A program made the position numbers and the translations under genes. Below, in pieces: positions 7,144 to 15,454 of a stretch of 55,308 nucleotides of DNA (position 1 is its first letter; each line of letters opens with the position of its first letter). The notes under the pieces were generated by a model. It worked only from the letters and a program-made list of their open reading frames with translations, was not told the origin of the DNA and searched no databases. Source of the stretch: a virus (Duplodnaviria; Caudoviricetes); the IMG/VR virus record IMGVR_UViG_3300025585_000054, positions 1-55,308 of that record; one strand, 5' to 3'.

Positions 7144-8871
7144 CTAAATCATTTCGATAAGCCAGCTTTCTAAGTCCTCGGGGATTTCCCGACGTTTGGG
7201 GGCGGGCGTTGGCGCTACCTCAGTAATTTTACTAATTGCGTCTTCGCCATCAAAAGTCTCATATTCTATACTATCTGCACCCCAAATTTCAATCTCTACA
7301 TCTTGTGTCATACCAAAATTGGTAATGCATTTGTATACCGCACCAGCTAAAGCATCCGCCTTATCTTTCTCACCTTTTGATGGGTGGTCTACTTTTGTAT
7401 TGTTGATAAGGCGTAATTTCAAAATTTCGCCCTCAATCAGCTGCTCATCCCAGTAGCCACGCAATCTTCCATCATAAATAGAAGTAGATAATGTATCATA
7501 CGCTGACTTCTTCACTGTAAATGCATCAGCATTAATTCCGTTATTCCTTAACGACTGGATCATATCGGCACTTTGCCAATAGTCGAATGTCACTGAAGCC
7601 ACATTAAACTTACGACATAATTCTACAATTGTAGTTCTCACTGCCGAGAACGGAACCTCAGAGTTAACTTCAGCCTTCCATGAGGTTATATAATCCATAT
7701 TAATAATAGGCAGGGTCTCGATGCCCGCACCCGTATTGACTTCCTTCATACCAGACATATGAACCATACATAAAGCAGCCTTGTCTCGTTTCAGACCAAG
7801 GTCTACATGAATAAATCTAGCAAAACCATCAGTACCATTGAACCACGGCTTCCAAGTCCCATCTTCTTCGGTGGGGTTATCTCCATACAAGAATGCCGAA
7901 CGTACACGATCAGGTTCACGGAAGTAGGCGTCTTCCATCTCAGGAGGCTCACATTCAAATCGTGCTCTAGCTTCCCGAGGATTTCTTACATACTCAGATT
8001 CTAAATCTTCACGAGTAATTGTTGGATTAACTTCCCAAGTTGCTTTCTTGATGCCCCAAGTCTTGGGCTCATTATTAGCAATAGCCCCATAATATCTTTC
8101 CTCGATGAAGTCGCCCTTGAATCTAGGGAAGGAAAGGAGCACAACCTTGCCAACGTCCGGAAACCTAGACATAATGGAAGCCTTACTCATCTTATAAATA
8201 GCTGAAGCTGACCCTTTCGCCCTAGCTTCGCCCTTTAGCTCAATATCTGTTTTGAAGGCGGCGATCTCATCTAATACTACTGTCATAACTTCATAGCCCT
8301 CCCATCCTTCAGATTCAGAGTGGCCGGAGAAACATCTAATTGGCCTACTAAAGAAGAAGACTTCACCTACCCTAGGCTCGAATCCAACATCATTGAAGTA
8401 TGGAGAGCGAAGAAGCAAGTTCTTAAATGGCTCGAAGAAAACCCTCTGAGCCTGCTGGGCATTCACAGCAAGGTTCAGAAGGTCGATGTAAACCCCGTGG
8501 GCTTTATTGTAGTAATCGAGCGGATCTCTGAGGCAATGAAGCAGGTACGCGATATATGCAAGGGAAATACGCGAGGTATGGTCCTTGCCACTACCCTTAC
8601 CGAGCATGGCAATAACTTCATTCACCGTATACTTATTATAAATCTCCATACCCTTTTCTTCTCCATGAATTTGGACAAGAGTATGAGGTTTATAAATCTG
8701 GGTAATATGCTTAGCAATCTCTGTCTGAACAGGAGACAGGGGAGGCAAGCCAAGATATTTTCTATCTTGAACAAATACCTCAAGAGGCACAGGCTCTTCT
8801 TCTAGCTCTTCCTTACGAAGAAGTCTATCGAAATCTTCATAGTTAAAGTTTAATCCCCAGAAATCAGTCAT
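7144..8871 (-). CDS. terL: Terminase large subunit
   Basis: Walker A GKGSGKD, Walker B VVLDE, C-terminal RNase H-like HVDLG...D and KVDHP..GEKD.ADA. Confidence 0.9.
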   Translation of the reverse strand: MTDFWGLNFNYEDFDRLLRKEELEEEPVPLEVFVQDRKYLGLPPLSPVQTEIAKHITQIYKPHTLVQIHGEEKGMEIYNKYTVNEVIAMLGKGSGKDHTSRISLAYIAYLLHCLRDPLDYYNKAHGVYIDLLNLAVNAQQAQRVFFEPFKNLLLRSPYFNDVGFEPRVGEVFFFSRPIRCFSGHSESEGWEGYEVMTVVLDEIAAFKTDIELKGEARAKGSASAIYKMSKASIMSRFPDVGKVVLLSFPRFKGDFIEERYYGAIANNEPKTWGIKKATWEVNPTITREDLESEYVRNPREARARFECEPPEMEDAYFREPDRVRSAFLYGDNPTEEDGTWKPWFNGTDGFARFIHVDLGLKRDKAALCMVHMSGMKEVNTGAGIETLPIINMDYITSWKAEVNSEVPFSAVRTTIVELCRKFNVASVTFDYWQSADMIQSLRNNGINADAFTVKKSAYDTLSTSIYDGRLRGYWDEQLIEGEILKLRLINNTKVDHPSKGEKDKADALAGAVYKCITNFGMTQDVEIEIWGADSIEYETFDGEDAISKITEVAPTPAPKRREIPEDLESWLIEMI

Positions 8872-8880
8872 AAGTAAATA

Positions 8881-9471
8881 TTAATCTTCGATATCGGCTT
8901 CGTCAATATCAAAAGACTCTTCGCTTTCAGCCGTCTCCATCAGAGAGAAAGCCTCAGCAAGTTTTACGCGAGCCATATCACGACACCTTTCGCAGTCGGA
9001 TATGACATCTCGTAATACTTCAGACAGAATCTGATTAACAGATTCTGCTTTCTGCATTCTAGCAATATATTCTGAGTCTGGCTTGCTGCCACCCATAAGC
9101 TGATGCAGCTGGGCCTTTTTGGTTGTGACCTCTAACGCCAGCTTTAGGGCCTGTGTGCGGGCCGTAACCATACCGTTGTCAGTAGCGACATTTACAGTTT
9201 CCCAAGCCTCTTTTGAGATCTCATCTAACTCATTGAGAAACCGCAGAGTATTCTGCTGTACACGCTCAAGGAAATAAGGATCTTCCTCAGCCTGATTTTT
9301 GATAATTCGAAAATACTCTTGGACATACTGCTTTGCTTTATACGGCGTTACATCAAGCAGCTCAGCAATATTGCTATAGTTATAACCTTTAATTGAGAGA
9401 CTACCGGCCTCTTCTACCAAGTGTAATTCTTCGGCAAGACCGAGCCCTGCTTTAGTTACCTCTTGACTCAT
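8881..9471 (-). CDS. Probable terminase small subunit
   Basis: N-terminal HTH (GYNYSNIAELL), helical, directly upstream of terL. Confidence 0.55.
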   Translation of the reverse strand: MSQEVTKAGLGLAEELHLVEEAGSLSIKGYNYSNIAELLDVTPYKAKQYVQEYFRIIKNQAEEDPYFLERVQQNTLRFLNELDEISKEAWETVNVATDNGMVTARTQALKLALEVTTKKAQLHQLMGGSKPDSEYIARMQKAESVNQILSEVLRDVISDCERCRDMARVKLAEAFSLMETAESEESFDIDEADIED

Positions 9472-9496
9472 TAATCTATACTACCACTTAATGATG

Positions 9497-9859
9497 CTAT
9501 TCGTCAAATTCATCAGGCATTTCGGCATCACGAATGGTAAGACTTCCCTTGGATTTATTTGACTGTTTTGTGGCTGACTTAGCCCAGTCCGTGGCTTTTG
9601 GCATTCTAGGAGTTCGTGTTTTTTTGACCCTAGAAGCGGCCTCGCGTTCTTCTGGCGTGATTCCCCACTTATCAAAGATAACCTCTAGTGCTTGCCTGAC
9701 CTCTGCCGCCACAATGGCATAAATTTGCTCATACCTCTGATCTGTAATGTCAGAAGCCATGTACTTATGCCTACACTTGCGAGCGTGATTGGAAGATCCC
9801 AGATTAGAAATCTTGGCATCGCATTCAGCCCACAGTCTTGCTAAATTGTCATCCATCAA
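9497..9859 (-). CDS. Hypothetical protein
   Basis: 120-aa ORF coupled to the upstream gene. Confidence 0.65.
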   Translation of the reverse strand: MMDDNLARLWAECDAKISNLGSSNHARKCRHKYMASDITDQRYEQIYAIVAAEVRQALEVIFDKWGITPEEREAASRVKKTRTPRMPKATDWAKSATKQSNKSKGSLTIRDAEMPDEFDE

Positions 9860-10203
9860 TTTGTCCTCGCAAAATATTCTAGCATACCGGTCACTACATC
9901 AAATTCATCATCTTCGAGATCAGTGATGTGTTTATACTCTTTTGATAAGTATGACCACATCAGAAACCTAATTGTAGCCTCATCGGTTTCTTCATCAAAT
10001 ACCACTTCAGGATATATAAAGCCGCCAGCTAGCAACTTTTCCATATCTGAAGCGAACGTCTGATCGCCTTCGTAACCAAATAACTCCTGCTGGAGAGAGT
10101 CCAGCAGACGCTGGACTCTCTCCCAAGCAGAATAGTTAGACTCTTTTAGTGCTTCAAGTGAATAATTACACTTTGGGGGAAGATAGACAGGTTTAATGTC
10201 CAT
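9856..10203 (-). CDS. Hypothetical protein
   Basis: 115-aa acidic ORF in operon. Confidence 0.7.
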   Translation of the reverse strand: MDIKPVYLPPKCNYSLEALKESNYSAWERVQRLLDSLQQELFGYEGDQTFASDMEKLLAGGFIYPEVVFDEETDEATIRFLMWSYLSKEYKHITDLEDDEFDVVTGMLEYFARTN

Positions 10204-10204
10204 C

Positions 10205-11173
10205 CTACTCTACCGCACCACCACACGAGTCACATCTCGTAGTGTTGTGAACCATTGCAGAGCCAGCAATAGCAAACAGGTGCTCCCGATGAGCCTCAGT
10301 CACATTTGCGTGTGACGCCACCCAAGTCAGAAGATTAATCACATCGTACATGGTTCTCATCTCACCGGAGACAGTAGCTTTAAATTGCTGATTGTCTACC
10401 GATTCGATGATAAGATTCTTCAGCTTCTTGGGAAGTCCGTTCTCAGCACAAATCTTGCCAATAAGAGAAATGAAGTTGGTAACTTCAATCTCGGCAAGGT
10501 TAGCAAACCCGTCCAGCATTGGCTGGACCTGAGCGATGGCTTCCGTAACATACTCTTGCGATTGCTCAATAAGCTCAGCAGAAGACTTACCGCTTACTCT
10601 AAACTTCTTGCTGGAGATGGGAGTGATCGCTGAGTTAAGGCAAGCAATGCGGCAGAGGTAGCTATCAAATCTTGGGAAAACAGACCAAGCATCTGAGTAG
10701 AGGACCCGCAGCCCTGCTCTAACCGGTGAGTCTACAATATGCGTATCGTACTGCGGCGAGAAGCCTACATACTCAAGTACGTCCCCGTTGATGCTCCAGT
10801 TCGCAATCTCCACCTCCTCAGGAATACGGTCCTGTACTGCATTGAAGATATCGAGAGATGGAACGTATGCGTATGAGGGGCTCATAAGAGAGCGAAGCTT
10901 GTTCTGCTCAAAAAGACCCGCCCACATCATTTCACCACGAAGATTCAGCCAGTAGTTGATAGTCGTAGCCTTGAGTTCTTCGGGGCATCGATCGGCGTAT
11001 GCCTTGGGAACACTAAGTAAGTCGCAAAGCTGCTCGAAAGAATTCTCCGTGAGAAGATACTTTTCATCTTTGAAGATAAGTGCATCATTCTCATAGTGCA
11101 TTTCACTAAGCATGAAACGATTGTGAGTCGTATCACGATCTCTATCTGCAAGGTGTTCCTGAATTGTAGTCAT
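10205..11173 (-). CDS. DUF932-like protein
   Basis: SFEQLCDLLSVP..Y, LRSLMS..Y, R..C.N.A, TMYDVIN.LT pattern; AAGGAG RBS. Confidence 0.65.
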   Translation of the reverse strand: MTTIQEHLADRDRDTTHNRFMLSEMHYENDALIFKDEKYLLTENSFEQLCDLLSVPKAYADRCPEELKATTINYWLNLRGEMMWAGLFEQNKLRSLMSPSYAYVPSLDIFNAVQDRIPEEVEIANWSINGDVLEYVGFSPQYDTHIVDSPVRAGLRVLYSDAWSVFPRFDSYLCRIACLNSAITPISSKKFRVSGKSSAELIEQSQEYVTEAIAQVQPMLDGFANLAEIEVTNFISLIGKICAENGLPKKLKNLIIESVDNQQFKATVSGEMRTMYDVINLLTWVASHANVTEAHREHLFAIAGSAMVHNTTRCDSCGGAVE

Positions 11174-11207
11174 TATTCTCCTTATTCGGTTTGTCGAACC
11201 GAAAAGG

Positions 11208-11236
11208 ACTTTACCAAATGGCCGCCGTCAGGTCAA
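11208..11236 (-). promoter_or_regulatory. SigA-type promoter
   Basis: TTGACC-N17-TAAAGT with TGn extension and upstream A-tract. Confidence 0.6.
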
Positions 11237-11946
11237 GACGATTTCGATTTTTTTTTCTCGCCCCGGGTGTCAAGGTAGCGCTCCATGAAATATGTCTTGT
11301 AAATTTTGTGGCCGTTCCAAAACTTTGGATCTGTTTCTTGAGCCAGTTTATCCATCGCTTCTTTGGGGAGTAGATAATGCAACACACCGAGAGGCATGTA
11401 GACTACAAAGGAATTATCTTTATGCTTGAGATTAAAGCGACGTACCAGACTATCAAAATCTTTAATGATTTGCGATACGTTCTCACCAGAGAAAACGTCA
11501 ATTCCGCCCCCCTCCAGTCTGTCTCTAGGGCAGAAATCATCTACAGCTACGATAGTTCCATAAGCCCGGCATACCAAAGGTCTAAACTCATAGGCAGTAC
11601 AGCCATTATCATAGAACACACAATGCTTATCATACTTACCCTCTGGGGTCCAAGACTCGTCGTACATCTTTTCCACTAGTGCATCAATGATGCCCTGAAA
11701 CCAAGACTCACCGGCCTCAATGCCGTAACGTTCCATCTTGAGATAAAACTCTCTCTTCAAGTGAAAGGCAATATTAGCGCACTCAATCATCGGAATCTGC
11801 AGTCCGACCTTACAGCACCGCCCAGAACTCTTACATCCGGTTCTAAGCTGATCGTGATTAGCTTGCAGATGTCGCATTTTATTGTAGATAAGATCAAGCT
11901 CAGCAAAATGAGACAAGTCTTTAATGGTAAAATTAACGTTGCCCAC
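11233..11946 (-). CDS. YkgJ-family (CxxCxxCC) cysteine-cluster protein
   Basis: CKSSGRCC and CVFYDNGCTAYEFRPLVCRAYG. Confidence 0.8.
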   Translation of the reverse strand: MGNVNFTIKDLSHFAELDLIYNKMRHLQANHDQLRTGCKSSGRCCKVGLQIPMIECANIAFHLKREFYLKMERYGIEAGESWFQGIIDALVEKMYDESWTPEGKYDKHCVFYDNGCTAYEFRPLVCRAYGTIVAVDDFCPRDRLEGGGIDVFSGENVSQIIKDFDSLVRRFNLKHKDNSFVVYMPLGVLHYLLPKEAMDKLAQETDPKFWNGHKIYKTYFMERYLDTRGEKKKSKSS

Positions 11947-12229
11947 GTTTCCTCATTTGGTTGCGCTTGCGCTGCTCACGCTTGATTGCCTCAATACGCA
12001 ACTGCATCGGTGATTTAGCCACGGGCTTACCACCGACCGCTTTTTTCTTAAGGTTACGACCCTTACCACGGTACTTTAATAAATCGTACTTATCTACCCA
12101 GTTATACAAGCCCTGTACAGTTACATTGATATTGTAACTATCCTTAAGTACTTTCTGAATGTCCTTCAGATTCATTCTCTTCTGGACATAGTGATGGTAC
12201 AACCAATCTTTCTGCTTATACGGTTCCAT
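11933..12229 (-). CDS. Basic HTH-like hypothetical protein
   Basis: KDWLYHHYV...VTVQGLYNW; start MEPYK. Confidence 0.65.
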   Translation of the reverse strand: MEPYKQKDWLYHHYVQKRMNLKDIQKVLKDSYNINVTVQGLYNWVDKYDLLKYRGKGRNLKKKAVGGKPVAKSPMQLRIEAIKREQRKRNQMRKRGQR

Positions 12230-12230
12230 A

Positions 12231-12794
12231 CTATAGCAACGTATAAGATGCCCAAACACCTATAGCGATGGCATCCAGTACGTCATAATCCCCTTCCTCT
12301 AAATTTGGCATTCTTTCTTCCAGAATGCTCTTGACTCTATTTTTGCGCTCAAAGGATGCTTTCTTTTTTGCTTCCTTCTCGCCCATTTCTTTGGTCCACT
12401 CTGCAATCTCTGCCTTGGATACGCTCTTGTAGCCGAGCCAACGCTTCCATTCCAGTGGGCCTACATCTTTAACTTTAGTCTTGCATAACAACGCCAATCC
12501 GAGCATATGCCCTACCACATATGATAACAAACGACTTGTCTGTGGGTTTTGAATGTAGATAGTTTGCTCAATGACAACTATATCTGGTTTATGATATTCA
12601 ATAAGCGTAGGCAATATGGCATTTAAAAAACCAAGCTTAGACATTACATCATCTAAGCCAGTAAAATTTAACTTGCCTTTTGCTTTCAGTCTAATATCAC
12701 CGCCGCTGCGCTGCACTACGGCAAATGCCAATGACTTAGTTGATGGGTCAATAGAAAGAATAGTGCCAGAATGTAACTTTTCTGACAGGCTCAT
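12231..12794 (-). CDS. ruvC: RuvC-like Holliday junction resolvase
   Basis: ILSIDP, PDIVVIE, EWK, DVLDAIAIG RNase H-fold acidic motifs. Confidence 0.8.
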   Translation of the reverse strand: MSLSEKLHSGTILSIDPSTKSLAFAVVQRSGGDIRLKAKGKLNFTGLDDVMSKLGFLNAILPTLIEYHKPDIVVIEQTIYIQNPQTSRLLSYVVGHMLGLALLCKTKVKDVGPLEWKRWLGYKSVSKAEIAEWTKEMGEKEAKKKASFERKNRVKSILEERMPNLEEGDYDVLDAIAIGVWASYTLL

Positions 12795-13102
12795 AAGTCA
12801 TACTCCTTTCGAAGTGCATCTTCATCCCAACCCCAACGACCAAGACGCTTAACGAAACGATCAATCTTATGAGCTTCGCAGATATCTTCTTTATTGTATC
12901 TACTTAATACAGTTTTACAGCCCCTACGTTTGCAGGTCTTTTGATTTTTGCCACTAAGCCTATCTCGATTTTCGTAATAGCGATCTAAAACTTTCTTATT
13001 GGTGGCTATTTTACGACACTGGACAGAGCAATACTTCCCATTGTGTGCTTTGGGCTTAAAGTCAGATCCACACTGCTCGCATACCCTAATCTCATATTCC
13101 AT
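12791..13102 (-). CDS. Zn-finger hypothetical protein
   Basis: CEQC...KYCSVQC; C...C...LSRYN...CEAH. Confidence 0.75.
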   Translation of the reverse strand: MEYEIRVCEQCGSDFKPKAHNGKYCSVQCRKIATNKKVLDRYYENRDRLSGKNQKTCKRRGCKTVLSRYNKEDICEAHKIDRFVKRLGRWGWDEDALRKEYDL

Positions 13103-13841
13103 CTTCCTTATCCGACCAACACATCTCTGCTAAATCACACATACGACATGTCGTAGAAGTAATCTGCTTGTAGGGACGCTTTGGAAGGTTACCCTCCTTG
13201 TACATGCTATATATTTTAGCATACTTCTTGAAGAGTTTGTCCACAAAGTCATCATTACGTTCTACATAGATCGGAAGAATCTCTTGGTTGTTCTTATTTT
13301 CATAGATTACGAACCCGCCGTCAAGATCCAGACATCTCATATAAATCTGGGCCTGACGATAGTGATCGTCCTTTGGTTTGTGGTGGGCTTTTCTAAGCAT
13401 GAATCCTTGGTCAGCAATAGACTTTAATTCAATAAGTTTTCTACCATCCCATTCAATGATACCGTCTGCTGTGCCCTCAATGGGCGGATCCTCATACTCT
13501 ACCGGGATCTCACACTCCAGCAAAATACCCATCTCATCCAAGTACTTATAGATACGATCATGGGTGGCATGGCCATTGTCAAAAATACGCTGAGTTCTAG
13601 CGTCATACTTTGGCTGGTATGTCACCCCACGGAACAAGTAGACAGCATAGCGACCACACTCATTAGTCGTGCTTGGGTGGAAGCCACCGATCTTTCTCGT
13701 TCTTGGAACGATGTGCTTCTCTTTGATAGATTTGTCGATAGCCTCAGCCAGAGCCTCTTCCATATCAATAGGCTGAATGGGCGTAATTTCTTTCACCGGC
13801 TTGACCGGAGCTAAGGCCATAAGGTCAACGAGTTTTTTCAT
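13092..13841 (-). CDS. Cas4-like PD-(D/E)xK exonuclease
   Basis: PS...C, G...H, GTADG, IELKS, QAQIYM, C-terminal C..C.....C Fe-S staple. Confidence 0.85.
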   Translation of the reverse strand: MKKLVDLMALAPVKPVKEITPIQPIDMEEALAEAIDKSIKEKHIVPRTRKIGGFHPSTTNECGRYAVYLFRGVTYQPKYDARTQRIFDNGHATHDRIYKYLDEMGILLECEIPVEYEDPPIEGTADGIIEWDGRKLIELKSIADQGFMLRKAHHKPKDDHYRQAQIYMRCLDLDGGFVIYENKNNQEILPIYVERNDDFVDKLFKKYAKIYSMYKEGNLPKRPYKQITSTTCRMCDLAEMCWSDKEDGI

Positions 13842-14176
13842 CGCAGGATCCCAGCCGATACAGCATCAATACGACCCAACAGCTTCAGGGTGTTGATATT
13901 TTCCTCTAGAGCGTGATACATGGTCTGGAATACGTCTTTGCGTCGTCTATTAGTAATGCTACTATTGCCGGACGTTTTATAGTGCTGAGCCTTAATCCCC
14001 ACCTTGTAGCGATAAGCAGCAAGAATATTTGCATACTTGACTGCCTTGGCTGAGTGGTATGAGTCAGGATTATCAATAATATCCTGCACCACGCGCATTA
14101 CCTCAATGAACTCCTCCGCATCTTCACCGAGGCTCTCACGAAGTTGCTCTACTGTCATACTTACCGGTTCACTCAT
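13838..14176 (-). CDS. Hypothetical protein
   Basis: 112-aa ORF with RBS, coupled. Confidence 0.7.
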   Translation of the reverse strand: MSEPVSMTVEQLRESLGEDAEEFIEVMRVVQDIIDNPDSYHSAKAVKYANILAAYRYKVGIKAQHYKTSGNSSITNRRRKDVFQTMYHALEENINTLKLLGRIDAVSAGILR

Positions 14177-14480
14177 TATCTTCTCCTATTAGATCCATAA
14201 AAATATTCCAATCAATAATTGCAAGTTTGGTTCCATCGCCAAAGACCACAGAAATGATTGGCTCTCTGTAGTTATCTTTCCAAGCATCTCTGCGGTGCTT
14301 GGCCCAATTCTCTGCTGTAATGGTAAAAGTCTTTTCGTTATGCTTATAGTCTAGCAGATAACCGGGAAGTTTAGCGTCACCTTTATCTTTTCCTCTGCCT
14401 GAATTAGCTACTAAGGAAGCACCGTCTTTAGCCGCTTCCTTAGATTCTCTCTTATCGTTCTTACGAGGCAAGTTCTTCAC
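14169..14480 (-). CDS. Small PD-(D/E)xK (Hjc-like) nuclease
   Basis: E...A...G....NSG...KGD...LLDYK pattern. Confidence 0.6.
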   Translation of the reverse strand: MKNLPRKNDKRESKEAAKDGASLVANSGRGKDKGDAKLPGYLLDYKHNEKTFTITAENWAKHRRDAWKDNYREPIISVVFGDGTKLAIIDWNIFMDLIGEDNE

Positions 14481-15414
14481 CGTCGTCAGTGATAAGCTGC
14501 ATAGTATCTAATGCTGCCTGAATCTGTTCCATAAGAGAGTCATCAGCCGCATCAACTAAGCTTCGTAAGCCATGATACTTATTGTCACCAAAATAAAACC
14601 AAGCACCACGCTTCTCAACCACTCCATTAATAACTGCAAGGTCAATCAACTCCATCTTCGTATCAATTTGAGCATCTTGAGGGGAGAACCAATATGAGCC
14701 TCTTGTCCCCTCCACAGGTGCCTGCTTGGACTTCTCAATAGTCCATCTTACTTGACGATTCACAATCAAATCTGAATCGCCCGCCCGCTCCAGCGAATCC
14801 TTCGCAGCAGAAGCAAAGAGATTCACAATATTAGTAGTCCAATGTAACTCAGCGTTTCCAACCTTGGCCATGAGGCGAGGATGATTGCCGCTGAGATCCA
14901 TTGTCTGCTGAGCCACCATGATTACGGCATTATTCACATTTAAGTATTGAGCCATCTTCTGATACATAAGACGACGAGACCGTGACTGCGATGCAATACC
15001 ACCGCTACCTTCGGCATCTTTGTAAAAAGACTCAGAAGCAATGCCGTTGATGCTGTCGATGAGAAAGACATACTTCTCATCCTTTTCTTGCATCAGTGGA
15101 ATAATATGCTTAAGGATATCTTCAGCAATTCTGCTCTGAAGCAGAATGCGATTATCTAAATCTAAACCGCATTTCTCAGCCCAATTATCGGTAATAGAAC
15201 CTTCGGTATCTACGATAACGGCTGTGTATCCCTTCTTCTGCGCTTCAGCAAGTAGATGCAAAAGCATCGTTGTCTTACCAGCAGAGGGGGTACCCCAAAC
15301 AAGACTGAATCTACCAGTCCAAAGTCCGCCACCCAATACATGATTTAAGCCAGTAGAGGGCGTAGGAATAACGTCATGCTGCGGCATGCGCTCACCACGA
15401 TTAATTCTTAACAT
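14461..15414 (-). CDS. recA: RecA-like recombinase
   Basis: Walker A GTPSAGKT, VDTE, FLIDS, C-terminal GVVEKRGAWFYFG..KYHG. Confidence 0.88.
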   Translation of the reverse strand: MLRINRGERMPQHDVIPTPSTGLNHVLGGGLWTGRFSLVWGTPSAGKTTMLLHLLAEAQKKGYTAVIVDTEGSITDNWAEKCGLDLDNRILLQSRIAEDILKHIIPLMQEKDEKYVFLIDSINGIASESFYKDAEGSGGIASQSRSRRLMYQKMAQYLNVNNAVIMVAQQTMDLSGNHPRLMAKVGNAELHWTTNIVNLFASAAKDSLERAGDSDLIVNRQVRWTIEKSKQAPVEGTRGSYWFSPQDAQIDTKMELIDLAVINGVVEKRGAWFYFGDNKYHGLRSLVDAADDSLMEQIQAALDTMQLITDDGEELAS

Positions 15415-15454
15415 TGTTTTCTCCTATTGAAATATTGACGTTTTATCCAGACGC

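Noticed and set aside
7043-7144. tRNA-like cloverleaf
   Set aside because: No enclosing acceptor stem or proper T-arm; the hairpins are serial
13092-13841. Cas4-like gene as a sign of a CRISPR system
   Set aside because: No repeat-spacer array or other cas genes seen; solo Cas4-like nucleases are common in phage recombination modules
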